A stretch of DNA of 63,666 nucleotides, the filler included, from Candidatus Nezhaarchaeota archaeon WYZ-LMO8 (GTDB taxonomy: Archaea > Thermoproteota > Methanomethylicia > Nezhaarchaeales > WYZ-LMO8): assembly GCA_004347965.1 (NCBI GenBank). It is 3 parts of 3 records of this genome, joined end to end, with 100 filler letters (N's around TTAATTAATTAA, not from the genome) between each part and the next. Parts side by side here need not be neighbours in the genome. Positions count along the whole stretch, not along the records: positions 26,640 to 50,560 come from QNVF01000022.1; positions 50,661 to 63,666 come from QNVF01000035.1; 1 more part is not named here. One strand, 5' to 3'. The notes beneath the pieces were generated by a model. It was not told the DNA's origin. It did no database searches and worked only from the letters and a program-made list of their open reading frames with translations. Below are positions 48,922 through 59,986 of this stretch, one piece after another; the stretch's first letter is position 1, and each line of letters opens with the position of its first letter. The translations under genes and the position numbers were made by a program.

Positions 48922-49614
48922 TTATTGTTTAAAGGGTGTTTCTAATATCTCCTTTACCCTCTTGACTATGGTTTCCCCGATACCTTCAACCATTTTCGAC
49001 CATCCATCAACCCTTTTTAGTGCCTCAAGAGGGGTTCTATAAACCCTCAGTATTGCTTCAGCTCTCTCTTTCCCTATCATTGGAAGTCCGCATAAGAAGA
49101 ATATCTGCTCTTCATTCACATCACATTTTTTAGGTATTTTAACTCTAATTCTCGCTTGTTCACGTGTCTTTCTCTCCTGCTTAGCTAACAAGAATATCAA
49201 CTTGGTGGTAACAGAGGGGGATGGTGATGGCAAAATCGAAATCCCACTTCTTGCTATTGATGCAAGAGCTCCTAGCACAGAGCTCATGCTTATTGAGCTT
49301 ATCACCGGTATGGAGCTTATATCTCCTTCAAGTATCAGTACTGGCTTACTGAAGTGTTTTTTGATTTTGTCCAATTGTTCGAACAGATTTCTCTTAGTCA
49401 GCGTTGAGATGAAGTCGCTCATTGTTTTACGTTCAATAGCTACATCTTTCGAAACTACGTAATCGCCAGCTTCGAGGAACTCTATGCGAACTAGTACTCC
49501 CAACCTTTTTAGCTCATCAACTATGTGCTTGGCTGTTACGGCTTCTCGCGAATCTACTATAACCTCAAGGTAAGCTTTAGAGGGTACGTGCGAGGATCCC
49601 ATCCTACACACCAA
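48922..49614 (-). CDS. xpf: Short (crenarchaeal-type) XPF/ERCC4 structure-specific endonuclease
   Basis: IVDSRE, GDYVV and IERKT..DF motifs; two C-terminal HhH; no helicase domain. Confidence 0.85.
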   Translation of the reverse strand: MVCRMGSSHVPSKAYLEVIVDSREAVTAKHIVDELKRLGVLVRIEFLEAGDYVVSKDVAIERKTMSDFISTLTKRNLFEQLDKIKKHFSKPVLILEGDISSIPVISSISMSSVLGALASIARSGISILPSPSPSVTTKLIFLLAKQERKTREQARIRVKIPKKCDVNEEQIFFLCGLPMIGKERAEAILRVYRTPLEALKRVDGWSKMVEGIGETIVKRVKEILETPFKQ

Positions 49615-49636
49615 ATCCTAAGATATCAGGTTCTCA

Positions 49637-50215
49637 CTAGATAGTAAGAGATGTGAAGGAGTGCATTAAGGTTGATTGGCACCTTAAGCAGAATAGCATC
49701 TCTTTAAAGTCTACGTCTAAGATCGTGTTGCTGAAGTGCATGACGCACTTCGGATTAGGACAATGTCTCAAGCCAAATGTGTGCCCAAGCTCATGAACAA
49801 CTTCCTTACACGTTCTCTCCACAAGGATTTCTCGATTGCGCATTTCTCCATAGAACTCAGATCTAAGCCTAGCAAGGTACACAACTGCTACAGGCCCTCC
49901 TAGTATTGCCTCGCCAAAGACAAAGTTAAGGCCTAGCACGTAAGCATCGACATCAGCCAAGCCAACAACCTTCTGATAATAACCGAAGAGCCCTTTATTG
50001 TATAGCCTTAATAACTCATCTAGAACTACTGAAGAGTTATATTGTCTTCTACTCTCATTTAAAGCGTGAGTTGGCAGCTCTAAGTGCTTATGAGAAATGA
50101 CGAATTCAAGGTATTTGAACGCTTCATTAAGCCTTGAAGAGACATAGTATGTTAAGTCATTTTCGACTAATCCTAGTGGTTGAAGTAGTATCTTTATTTT
50201 ATCTTGAAGAGACAT
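49637..50215 (-). CDS. amzA: Archaemetzincin (M54 zinc metalloprotease)
   Basis: HELGHTFGLRHC...CVMHFS...FC..C and LNFVFGEA motifs. Confidence 0.92.
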   Translation of the reverse strand: MSLQDKIKILLQPLGLVENDLTYYVSSRLNEAFKYLEFVISHKHLELPTHALNESRRQYNSSVVLDELLRLYNKGLFGYYQKVVGLADVDAYVLGLNFVFGEAILGGPVAVVYLARLRSEFYGEMRNREILVERTCKEVVHELGHTFGLRHCPNPKCVMHFSNTILDVDFKEMLFCLRCQSTLMHSFTSLTI

Positions 50216-50560
50216 GAGGTACCATCACTCTCCATGAACCTTCTTTTTGATGAGATCGTAGATTTAGCTTAACTGTCTCAGCGACCTTGAATGCTCCATG
50301 TTCCTTTACAAGGTGCACAAATAAGTCTTCGAGCTTGACGAAGCTGTAACTTCCATCATCCTTCAATACAGGTAACAAGTTTATGTCCTCTTTAAGAGCA
50401 AGTTCTATTGCTTCGCTAAAGCTTCGAACTCCACGACTAATAAGTTTGCTCTTACCAATTACTTTAACAAGTTTTAGCTTTTCAAACCATCCACCAATCA
50501 CTTCACTTATAACGTCACTTAGTCTCACTATCCCTACAACCTCTTCCTCCAAAATGGGAA
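50199..50560 (-). CDS. CBS-domain protein, C-terminal part (5' truncated by contig end)
   Basis: PILEEEVVGIVRLSD...INLLPVLKDDG...VKLEDL, a CBS-like pair. Confidence 0.55.
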
Positions 50561-50660
50561 NNNNNNNNNNNNNNNNNNNNNNNNNNNNNNNNNNNNNNNN
50601 NNNNTTAATTAATTAANNNNNNNNNNNNNNNNNNNNNNNNNNNNNNNNNNNNNNNNNNNN
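50561..50660. other. Artificial contig-join linker (N-run TTAATTAATTAA N-run)
   Basis: Same structure as the linker at 26540-26639. Confidence 0.97.
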
Positions 50661-52153
50661 ATGCCTTTATGAAGAGCTACTTCTTCGACATAAGCTAGCA
50701 GGAGAGATAATGCTGCTAAGCCAGCACTGCCTATTGCAAACGTCTTAGTTAAGGCCTTTGTCGTGTTTCCAACAGCATCAAGTGCATCAGTTACTTCCCT
50801 AACTTTAGGGTCCAAACCAGCCATTTCAGCTATTCCTCCAGCATTATCGACTATGGGGCCATAGGCATCAACTGAGACTATGATGCCAGCTATTGATAGC
50901 ATCGCCATAGCTGCTATAGCCACTCCGTACATACCCATGAGCACATCGCCGACGTATCCTCCTGCAAACCAGTAAGCTCCTATTACCCCTAACGCTATGA
51001 TAACTACCGGTAAGAAAGCGCTCTCGAGGCCATTAGCTAACCCCCTTATGATGTTGATTGCCGGTCCAGCTTGCGCAGCCTCAGCTATCGACTTAGTAGG
51101 TGAGTACCTATAGGAGGTGTAGTAGTTAGTGAATATGGCTAGTAGCACGACTATGACCACTCCTATCATGGCTGCATAGAACAGGTTCAGATTGCCAAAG
51201 AGATACCACGTAGCAAAGAGGAAGCCTATAACTGCGAGTACTGCGGTCGTAATTATTCCTCTAAGTATGGCAGGTGTAGGATCTTCTCCCTCTCTTGCTC
51301 TGACAGCGAGAGAACCGATTATCGTTGAGAATATGGCTATAGCACCTAAGAGGAGTGGGTACCATAGGAAAACGTCTTTTTTGAGGGTTATGTAGAGGGG
51401 CCATCCTAGCAGCATTGCACCTATTAGCGTGACGGCGTACGTCTCAAAGATGTCAGCTGCCATTCCAGCTACGTCGCCAACGTTATCTCCAACAGCATCA
51501 GCTATTACGGCAGGGTTCCTAGGGTCGTCTTCAGGTATTCCAGCCTCGATCTTCCCTACAAGATCTGCTCCAACATCAGCTGACTTGGTGTATATCCCTC
51601 CACCAATCCTAGCAAAGAGGGCTACGAGACTACCACCGAATCCAAAGCCAGCAAATAGGATTGGATTTGCTCCGTAAATGTAGTAAAAGAGTGTTACCCC
51701 CAATAGTGCTAGGCCAACCATGCAAAGCCCCATGACCAATCCGCCCTTAAAGGAAGTGCTTAAAGCCGTTTTCAAGCCATCTTTAGCTGCATAAGCTGTT
51801 CTAACGTTGCATTCTACAGCTACCCTCATCCCTACATAGCCAGCTAGAGCTGAGAAAAGTGCACCGACCAGGAACGATAAGCCAGTGTACGGGAAGTATG
51901 TCGAGAAGCCTTCGCGACCGGCGACGAAGTAACTGTAGTCTACAGCTATTGCGAATACTGTGGCTAGTAAGACCATGAATATTAGGAGCGTCTTGTACTG
52001 TCTACTTAGATACGCTTTAGCTCCCTGCTTGATAGCTTCATAGATCTCAACCATACGCTCAGTACCTTTAGGTTTAGATAGGACTAAGATTGTTACCACG
52101 GTTGCAACCACTAGAGCTATGCAAGATGCCAATAGTGCTAACCAGGCATACAT
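50661..52153 (-). CDS. hppA: Membrane H+-translocating pyrophosphatase, K+-independent type (3' truncated)
   Basis: [20 protein letters not shown] and EDDPRNP...DNVGD motifs. GNTTKA carries the Lys characteristic of K+-independent enzymes. Confidence 0.93.
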
Positions 52154-52244
52154 CTATCTCACCTCTATACAACTAACTTGGCTAATCTTATCTAGCTAAT
52201 AAGCCTTACAGAGGAAACTAAGCTATGCATGAATTTGGAGACGT

Positions 52245-53855
52245 TTAACCAGACTTCGCTGATGTAGCTGCAGCAAGAAAGTACCTCACTACTTTCTCTC
52301 TCCCCATTGCAGCAATGAAGTTTACAAGCCTAGGACCCGACTTCTTCCCCATCAACGCCAAGTAGGCAGCCTCAAAGAATTCATGAGGCGGCAAGCTTAG
52401 GGTCCGTGACAGCTCGAAGAACTTGTTATTAAGCTCATTAACATCCCACTCTCTTTCAAGTAACAGCTCAGCAGCCTTTATGAGCGCCCTCTTTTGATTG
52501 TCTGATAGCACGTTACTTATAAGTGATGGATCTTCGAGGAGCTTTATCTTAGCTCCTTCAGGTGCATACTTCTTAATCCATGTGGATGCGTGATTTAGTC
52601 TAGTAACCAACCTATCAATGTCCTCCTTAGTTGGCTCTCTCCAAATATGACCAGTCAGTCTCAGTATCTCAAGTAACCTCTCAACGCTAATGTTAGGATA
52701 CAATTGAACTAAGACAACAGCAAAGTCGTAAGGTAGCTGTATGGGCATCACATTGCCTGGTTCGCCTACTTGAGATAGCTCGTAGCTCCTCTTAGCTAAA
52801 GCCATTAACTTGGGGTCTGAAACTACTTCAAAACCATAGTAAATCCTCTCAGCTCTCTCATACTCAGACATAAGACTCGGCAAATCCTCAACCCTGAAGT
52901 CTTTGTGTCTCATAGGGTGCACTCTAAAAAAGAAGAACTTTAGAGCTTGGGGGGGAGCTATCTCAAACCACTGCTGCGGAGTGAAGATGTTACCCCTAGA
53001 CTTTGACATCTTCTTGCCATTGATCATTACGTGCTCGTACGTAAGTGGTATTGGAGGCTCTTTATTAAACACATCTTTAACTATCACCTTACTGGTATCA
53101 TAGGATCCTCCTGCTGCTGCATGCTCTTTACCGAAGGGCTCTATTGTCACGTTGAGGGCAGCCCATCGAGCAGCCCACTCAACTCTCCACTGTAGCTTTC
53201 CTCTACCATCTTTAACGTCACACTCTCCTCGGTATCCGCATCCCTTAGCATAGCCGACGTCCATAGTGCATTCATAGAGGACTTTATCCCCCTGAAAGTC
53301 GTAGGCGTACGTTGTCCCTATCTTGCCACAGTTCTCGCATACTGGCATGTATGGTAGCCAGTCGCTTGGTTTCGAGGTTCCACTAACTCTCAAAAGTATG
53401 GTCCTTATGTTGCCAGCTTTCTCTAATGCCATCCTTATCCACGGCAAGTAAGTACCGTCACGATACATAACCGCTCCCGAGAGGTACTTAACGTCGAGTC
53501 CGAGCTTCTCAGTAGCATCTAAGAACTCTCTAGTGAAGTGCTCTGCCCAGCTTCGACAGCACTTGTATGGGTCTGGAATGTCAACATAGGGCATGCCTAG
53601 GTATCTGTTGAACTCTCTCGGTATAGGTGGAGGCACGCTATCCAAAGGATCCATGTCATCGGCAACCCATAAAGCCACCGCTTTGCCCCCTCTTCGCCTT
53701 ATTTCCACAGCGATTGCGTGCGCAAATAAGGGGTCTGCTATGTTCCCTATGTGTGCTGACCCTGAAATTGATGTTCCACTAGCTACTACATGCTCCTTAA
53801 ACCTGTCTAAGACTGTATTAACAAACTCATCGAGCCAGTGCTCCTTCACCTGCAT
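52245..53855 (-). CDS. lysS: Lysine--tRNA ligase, class I
   Basis: SGSAHIGN, KLQWRVEW.ARW, EPFGKEH, KMSKSRGN and SGPRL motifs. Confidence 0.95.
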   Translation of the reverse strand: MQVKEHWLDEFVNTVLDRFKEHVVASGTSISGSAHIGNIADPLFAHAIAVEIRRRGGKAVALWVADDMDPLDSVPPPIPREFNRYLGMPYVDIPDPYKCCRSWAEHFTREFLDATEKLGLDVKYLSGAVMYRDGTYLPWIRMALEKAGNIRTILLRVSGTSKPSDWLPYMPVCENCGKIGTTYAYDFQGDKVLYECTMDVGYAKGCGYRGECDVKDGRGKLQWRVEWAARWAALNVTIEPFGKEHAAAGGSYDTSKVIVKDVFNKEPPIPLTYEHVMINGKKMSKSRGNIFTPQQWFEIAPPQALKFFFFRVHPMRHKDFRVEDLPSLMSEYERAERIYYGFEVVSDPKLMALAKRSYELSQVGEPGNVMPIQLPYDFAVVLVQLYPNISVERLLEILRLTGHIWREPTKEDIDRLVTRLNHASTWIKKYAPEGAKIKLLEDPSLISNVLSDNQKRALIKAAELLLEREWDVNELNNKFFELSRTLSLPPHEFFEAAYLALMGKKSGPRLVNFIAAMGREKVVRYFLAAATSAKSG

Positions 53856-53997
53856 TACCTCTTAGATTTTTCATGAGAAGGACGATATCTAAAACTTGAT
53901 CTTTCATTTAAAACTCTCTCTTAAATACTAACTGTGCTATGTTTATTGATGCTCAATCACGTCATACTACATGAACTACACTAGAAGAGGGTGCCTA

Positions 53998-54270
53998 CTA
54001 TTCACCCTCTTCATACTTTATGTTGACTTCAATTGCTATGCCCAAGGATTTAGCCACGTTTATTATCCTAGCTATTTCCTCCCTAAGCTTAGCTATTTCA
54101 CCTAGACCTTCTACAAGACCTAACATGAAGTCTCTTTCATCGCTTTCATTCGTGAAGCTCGTTAATGCTCTCTTCAAGACCTCATGCATCTTCTGCAATC
54201 GAGGGAGATCAACAGCCTTAGCTATGTGTCTCGCAACCTCATAACCGTCTTCAAATGTGAGCTTAACCAA
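53998..54270 (-). CDS. Hypothetical helical protein
   Basis: 90-aa ORF with an upstream GGAGG SD. Confidence 0.6.
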   Translation of the reverse strand: MVKLTFEDGYEVARHIAKAVDLPRLQKMHEVLKRALTSFTNESDERDFMLGLVEGLGEIAKLREEIARIINVAKSLGIAIEVNIKYEEGE

Positions 54271-54397
54271 GGCTTAATACCTCCAACATTTGGAAAACGA
54301 TGTTCTTAATTTTAAGTCTCTTTTACAAAGTCTCTATAGGCATTTTAAGTGGATTTAAGGTTTTCTATAAAGCTTGTAGTCCTAAGGTAAGGTGATG

Positions 54398-55504
54398 TTA
54401 GACTATAAAGTGCCCACTCTTTATTTTTTCTGGAAGATACTTGTCTTCTAAAAAGCCTAGACTCTTTGAGCTAAGAGCTTCTATCTCAGCCTTCTCCTTT
54501 CTCTCTAAAAATAAGTCAAGCTCTCTCTGCCATGCTGGAGATTGGAACCAAGGATAACTCTTCAACTCCTTAGCCCTCTTAATATCAGCTTCCTTAGCCT
54601 TTATTATGACGTTCTTCGATAACTTGTAATCGTAAATGTCGCTCACAGTTACCCCTATGAACCTAGCTTTAGGACATGCTAATCTAACACTTTCGTGAGA
54701 TAGCGTTATTGAGCCTATTCGATAAACACTGTATATGTAGAAACCATAGGGATCTGCATCGGTTAAGACGTAGACCGGTAAGCCGAGCTCTTCATTTAAC
54801 CTCTTTACAAGCCTCCTTGCAGGTCTATCAGGTTGACCTCCTGCAGTTATGAGTATGCACCTGTTCTTCTCCCAATACCTCTCAATGTTCAATGTATTGA
54901 AGACAGCATCCTTCTCAACCACAAGAATGTAATCGGCATTAACTTCAAGAAACTCTAATCTATCAACATTTGATGGTGGTGTATAAGCACCACCCTCCCC
55001 TTGCCTTGAGCAGTCTATCACATCTCGTCCACTTCTTACCCTCATTAGGCCGACGACCTTACATTTCACATCGGTCTGAAGACCCATTTCCTCTCTACTC
55101 GTTCCAAGCAATACCTCCAAGTCCTCTATTATGTTATCCGATTCTGCTTGATCATTGACCGTATCTATGTCCGTTCCTGGTATGGTGTGCTTAGCATCGT
55201 AGAACACATCTCTGATAGTAGGGTATTTGTTATGCTTGATTGCTTCGTACACTATTGCTGCTATAAGCACGGTCCTCATGAAGGTCTTGGCCTCTTCAAT
55301 GTCGTTGAGCCTTCTCCTTAACTTCTTGTTTCCAAGCCTTATCACTTGAAGCTCTTGATCTATGTATACGTTATCTCTAGTTCTAGCTAGCATCTCGAAG
55401 TAGGGTACCTTCTCAGTTTTGAGCGGCTTAAAAATTGATTTTTCAAAAAGCTTGACTATCGTATCTGCTATCCACTCCCTCCCTCCACTACTTTGTCCTA
55501 CCAC
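54398..55504 (-). CDS. top6A: DNA topoisomerase VI subunit A
   Basis: TIRDVFY (catalytic Tyr), VVEKDAVF, DADPYG and KAEIEAL motifs. Confidence 0.95.
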   Translation of the reverse strand: MVGQSSGGREWIADTIVKLFEKSIFKPLKTEKVPYFEMLARTRDNVYIDQELQVIRLGNKKLRRRLNDIEEAKTFMRTVLIAAIVYEAIKHNKYPTIRDVFYDAKHTIPGTDIDTVNDQAESDNIIEDLEVLLGTSREEMGLQTDVKCKVVGLMRVRSGRDVIDCSRQGEGGAYTPPSNVDRLEFLEVNADYILVVEKDAVFNTLNIERYWEKNRCILITAGGQPDRPARRLVKRLNEELGLPVYVLTDADPYGFYIYSVYRIGSITLSHESVRLACPKARFIGVTVSDIYDYKLSKNVIIKAKEADIKRAKELKSYPWFQSPAWQRELDLFLERKEKAEIEALSSKSLGFLEDKYLPEKIKSGHFIV

Positions 55505-57038
55505 GCTTAGTCACCACCTTCCACATGAGCTCGATTAGCTTTTGCTTGTCTTCATTCACGACTCTAACGATGTTTTCAGCTATTTCAGTGATGTACGCCT
55601 TAAATATGTTGAGTCTCTCCTGCTCCTTTTCAGCTTTAAGCTTTCTGTATATATATCTTCGAACCTCGCGTGCACAGTCCATTAATGCAAGCTTTATCTC
55701 TTCCTCTATCTCCTCGACGTCAGCTATCATCTCCTTTCCAGCTGTCTTATAGGGCACTCTTGTTGAACATACATGAATGAAGATCGCTATGGGTGTTGCG
55801 TCGTCGATCCTGTATTGTCTCCAGTTTATGCCGTCTACAACCTTTCTGCATACATCGCCCCGCTCATCGAATAGCAGAGGTATCTTGTTCGCAAATCTAA
55901 AGAGCAGCTTGAAGTTTCCTTCTCGATTGCACATCTTCTCTATCATTGGACCTCCATAAGCGATTCCAGCTTCTACTTGAAATGGGTATCCTGAGTAGGA
56001 CTTAGGTGGTCTCGTAACCGTCTTAACAAACTCCGGAGTAAAAAGCTTCACTATGGCAGCCTTCAACTCCTCAGCACCTATTGGGCTTAGGATGTTTGAT
56101 GATGGTGGCAGGAACTTGTCATAAGCCTTAAAAGCATTAGTAAGCTTGACTATCTCCTCATTGGACAACTCCTTCACATCCCTACTTGGATCGAAGCCAG
56201 CCCACTTCAGGAATTCTAGGGCTTTCCTAGGTCCAACCCTATCGAAGTTCTTAGAGAGAAATGCTTGAAGCGATGTGTTTCTACTACCCTCTATCATCCT
56301 CTTAAGCATTTCAGCGTCAACACCATGTGGGTGGGGATCAGCTTCTTTCGGTAGTGGTGGTAGCTTGTCGACTGATCTTTCGAACTTATAGATCATGCCG
56401 TAAGGGTCGGAGAATACTATTGTTGAATGAGGGTTAGCAATAGCGCTAAGTCTCAAGTATTCAATTATTAGTTCTCCAGTACTTCTTGAGCCAAGGCTAC
56501 GGTCATAGTCCCCCACAAGGTACAATGTGACTGTGGTTCCTGTCCTAGGCTTCCTAAGCTTTCGAGACGTTACCGAGAGTACTATAGGCTTGTTATTCTT
56601 AAGATCCATCTGCAGTTGAAAGCTGTGCTCGATGCACCCATCGTAGCACGTAGTCACCTCAATTGGCTTGTAGGTGGTTATTTGAGAGTAGAGGACCGCC
56701 ATCTTTGCTCCAAGACCGAAAAGCCCCCTATGCTGTTTAAGCTCAAACTTATTCCCAAATAACACTGTACAGAATGCTTGAGGTACATGCTCAGGGGGTA
56801 TTCCAGTTCCATTATCTGAGACTGTTAATCTATAGACCTTGGGGCTCTTACGTTCACTTACAAGCTTTAAATCGACTGTTATGTAGGGTAGGTTTCCAGC
56901 TATCTCGCATGCATCTAAGCTATTTTCAACAAGTTCTCTAACTGCTTGGTACAGGGACCTAGCTGGATTGCTAAATCCAGCTATGTACCTATTTCTATAG
57001 AACCAATCTGATACTGACAGCTGCGTGAAGCCCTTCAT
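55488..57038 (-). CDS. top6B: DNA topoisomerase VI subunit B
   Basis: RELVENSLDA, DNGTG, RGLFGLG, RFANKIPLL and PYKTAGKE motifs. Confidence 0.95.
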   Translation of the reverse strand: MKGFTQLSVSDWFYRNRYIAGFSNPARSLYQAVRELVENSLDACEIAGNLPYITVDLKLVSERKSPKVYRLTVSDNGTGIPPEHVPQAFCTVLFGNKFELKQHRGLFGLGAKMAVLYSQITTYKPIEVTTCYDGCIEHSFQLQMDLKNNKPIVLSVTSRKLRKPRTGTTVTLYLVGDYDRSLGSRSTGELIIEYLRLSAIANPHSTIVFSDPYGMIYKFERSVDKLPPLPKEADPHPHGVDAEMLKRMIEGSRNTSLQAFLSKNFDRVGPRKALEFLKWAGFDPSRDVKELSNEEIVKLTNAFKAYDKFLPPSSNILSPIGAEELKAAIVKLFTPEFVKTVTRPPKSYSGYPFQVEAGIAYGGPMIEKMCNREGNFKLLFRFANKIPLLFDERGDVCRKVVDGINWRQYRIDDATPIAIFIHVCSTRVPYKTAGKEMIADVEEIEEEIKLALMDCAREVRRYIYRKLKAEKEQERLNIFKAYITEIAENIVRVVNEDKQKLIELMWKVVTKRGRTK

Positions 57039-57118
57039 AATCTCCGCTCTCCATCAGTGGAGGTCAATAGAAAAATCGTTAAAGAAACTATCGCAGGATC
57101 TTTATAAACCTGGTTGTG

Positions 57119-58432
57119 CTAAGGAACTAGTCTCCACCTATCTCTTGGATATAATATTGCTTCACGTACATCAGATAACCCAAGTAGCATCATTACCAAG
57201 CGAGCTAGACCTAGTCCCCAACCCGAATGAGGAGGTATACCCCAATCAAAGCACTTTAGATGATGTTTAAATGATTCAGGTTCGAGACCCGAGCTCTTTA
57301 AACGTGATATTAAAAGATCCTTGTCATGAATACGCTGGCCTCCTGAGGCGACCTCCATCCTTCCTATCATTAGATCAAAAGATAAGCTTAAATCAGGGTT
57401 ATCAGGTTTTGGCATTATGTAAAATGGTTTAATCCTCGTTGGCCAATCAACTATGAAGTAGGGACCCTTAAATTCCTCGCCAAGCTTTCGCTCAGCCTCC
57501 GTCGATAAGTCTTCGCCCCATTCTATTTTAACACCTTTTTCAGCAAGTATGGAGAGGGCTTCGTCGTACGTTATCCTTGGAAATGGTCTCTCAAGTTTTA
57601 GAAAGCTTAGTTCAACACTCCTTAATTCCTCTTCAAGTTCCTCGACTGCCCTCGAAGTACTGTAGACGAGCATCTCCTCAAGTAGTCTCATGACCTCCTC
57701 GTAAGTTGCGAAGGCAACCTCCACGTCTACGCCTATATACTCAGAAACGTGTCTATCTGTCTGCGACTCTTCAGCTCTGAAGAGGGGTCCTATCTCATAG
57801 ACTCTTTCAAAGACCGATGACAGTTGCTCTTTATATAGTTGTGGACTTTGAGCTAAGAAAGCCTCCTTGTCAAAGTAGGCTATTGGAAATAGTGCTGCCC
57901 CACCTTCCGTAGCAGTTGCTATGAGCTTTGGAGTGAAGACTTCAATAAAGCCATTATCATCTAAGAACTTCCTAATGTATCTCAGAAGAACGTGTTGGAA
58001 CTTGAATATTACCATGTTACGCGGTTTTCTTAAGTCCACGACTCTATTATCAAGTCTTTCATCGAGACTCAACTTACTCCTACTAGCAGGCTCTAAGTGT
58101 GGAGGTACTGATGCTTTATTGAGTATCTCGATTGAGGTTGCCCTTATCTCGACACCACTTGGTGCCCTAGGCGACTTCCTAGTAGTGCCTTCAATCGATA
58201 TCACAGTCTCTGGTCTTACCTCTCTAAACTTATTGAAGACCTCTAAGGAAAGTTCCGATTTAGATGCCACGACTTGGATTAGACCATCAGAGTCTCTCAC
58301 CATTAAGAAAATTATGCCTCCTAAATCTCTGATAGCATGTACCCAGCCAGCCACTCTTACTATTGAACCTTCAGAGAGTTGGAGAACTTCTCTAATGCTG
58401 TGAGTCTTCAACTTAGGGTTGTGAAACTTCAT
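57119..58432 (-). CDS. aspS: Aspartate--tRNA ligase, likely non-discriminating
   Basis: LAQSPQLYK, FRAEES, GGQRIH and PPHSGWGLG motifs. His in WVHAIRDLG and Pro in APSGVEI are the ND-type residues. Confidence 0.92.
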   Translation of the reverse strand: MKFHNPKLKTHSIREVLQLSEGSIVRVAGWVHAIRDLGGIIFLMVRDSDGLIQVVASKSELSLEVFNKFREVRPETVISIEGTTRKSPRAPSGVEIRATSIEILNKASVPPHLEPASRSKLSLDERLDNRVVDLRKPRNMVIFKFQHVLLRYIRKFLDDNGFIEVFTPKLIATATEGGAALFPIAYFDKEAFLAQSPQLYKEQLSSVFERVYEIGPLFRAEESQTDRHVSEYIGVDVEVAFATYEEVMRLLEEMLVYSTSRAVEELEEELRSVELSFLKLERPFPRITYDEALSILAEKGVKIEWGEDLSTEAERKLGEEFKGPYFIVDWPTRIKPFYIMPKPDNPDLSLSFDLMIGRMEVASGGQRIHDKDLLISRLKSSGLEPESFKHHLKCFDWGIPPHSGWGLGLARLVMMLLGLSDVREAILYPRDRWRLVP

Positions 58433-58578
58433 GGTGCTAGCCCCACACCATGCTTGACGATTAAAGTGTTTCTAGGGCGAGATAAAACTTAAGCTAAGAG
58501 TAAGCTAGAACAGTTTAAATGTTAAGGGGGTCTTTAAATAATCTTTTAAAGAGAGGGAGCTAGTATCTTGAGGTTCAT

Positions 58579-58812
58579 GTGGAGGTTCAGTTGGTGATTA
58601 AGAGAGGTAAAAGAGGGAGCTCTAAAAGCCCTCCAGTGAAAGAGGGTGAAATGTACCACGTAACTATCGAAAACGTGAATCAGAGAGGCGAGGGAGTTGC
58701 TAGAATAAAAGGCTTTGTTGTGCTAGTTCCTGGAGCGAAGGCTGGAGAGAGACTTAGAATTAAAATCGTCAGTGTCAGACCTAGGTTCGCTATAGCTGAG
58801 GCTCTTCGATGA
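58579..58812 (+). CDS. Single TRAM domain RNA-binding protein
   Basis: PPVKEGE.Y.V.IE....RGEGVARIKGFVVLVPGA..GE. Confidence 0.9.
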   Translation: MEVQLVIKRGKRGSSKSPPVKEGEMYHVTIENVNQRGEGVARIKGFVVLVPGAKAGERLRIKIVSVRPRFAIAEALR

Positions 58813-58813
58813 C

Positions 58814-59986
58814 TTATGCTCTAAGCTCCACGATATCTCCATCAGCCAAAACGTGGTCACGACCTACTTTCTCACCCGGATGTCGAACTGAGGGGCCCCA
58901 AATTCTAGCATACTTTAAGTTCTGTGCCAGCCTACTATGTATTTGTTCAGCAACATCTTGAACCCTAGAGCCCCTCTTTAGGACTAGGGGTCTTGCTGTC
59001 GGTTTCTCTTCCCAAGGCTCTTTTGTGTAAACCCTTATGAGCCCAAGTTGTTCAAATAGGGCCTTTCCTATATTCTCTAAACCCTCACCGGTAACACACG
59101 ATACCTCTATTACTGGTATGGGACCACACATTCTCTTTAACTCTTCAAGCTCTGATCTGTCTTGAATCAAATCAAATTTGTTGACGACTATAATCGATGG
59201 TTTATAAAGCTTACCTCCTAAGATTGCTTCTTCAACATCATCGAGGGAGGCTTCACCATCTATTACAACTCTACAGTTAAACATCTTATAGCTCATGAAG
59301 AGCTTCTTGACATCGTCAACGGTACAATCGATTAGCTTGCCGTTCACCATCACCTGGACCCCTCCTATCGTGCTTCTCTCTATGCTGATCTTTGACTTAG
59401 GCTTCTTCAAGGTTATACCAGCCTTCTCTAACTCCTCTGTTATTAGCACGTATTGATCAAGTATGCTTCTTGATGCATCAAGAAGCACCAATATTCCATC
59501 AGCATTACGAATTAGAGTCATGAGGATTGAGCCCCAAGCCTCTCCCTCAGCCGATCCCTTAACTAATGGAGGGGCCTCAATTAGTTGGTACATGACCCCC
59601 TCGCTGACGTACATGCCTGGAATAGGCTTTGTAGTTGTAAATGGACGGGAAGCTATCTCAGGTCTCGCATTGGTCAGTCTTCGTAGCAAACTGCTTCTGC
59701 CGGCTCCAGTTACGCTTACTAAGACTACTTGCGCATCACCCTCTTTTTCTGGGAATATCCTTAAGCCTCCACCTGCCTTCTTAGACTTCCTTTCTTCTAT
59801 CTCCCTTCGAATAGCCGCTATCTTAGCTCTTACTTGAGCACGGAGCTTCTCCGTCCCTTTATGTCGGGGAACACTTGAGAGAAACTCTTGTAAAGCCCTT
59901 AACTTCTCGTAAGGATCTTTCGCGTCAAGAACCTTAAGCCACTTCGCCTTCGCCTCAGCTGGTAAGTTAGCAGGCATCTCTAGCAC
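58814..59986 (-). CDS. DRG/OBG family GTPase-like protein with TGS domain
   Basis: MPANLP..., P.HKGTEKL, PFTT, NKFD and GEKVGRDHVL.DGDIVE motifs. G1 and G3 are degenerate. Confidence 0.88.
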   Translation of the reverse strand: MLEMPANLPAEAKAKWLKVLDAKDPYEKLRALQEFLSSVPRHKGTEKLRAQVRAKIAAIRREIEERKSKKAGGGLRIFPEKEGDAQVVLVSVTGAGRSSLLRRLTNARPEIASRPFTTTKPIPGMYVSEGVMYQLIEAPPLVKGSAEGEAWGSILMTLIRNADGILVLLDASRSILDQYVLITEELEKAGITLKKPKSKISIERSTIGGVQVMVNGKLIDCTVDDVKKLFMSYKMFNCRVVIDGEASLDDVEEAILGGKLYKPSIIVVNKFDLIQDRSELEELKRMCGPIPVIEVSCVTGEGLENIGKALFEQLGLIRVYTKEPWEEKPTARPLVLKRGSRVQDVAEQIHSRLAQNLKYARIWGPSVRHPGEKVGRDHVLADGDIVELRA

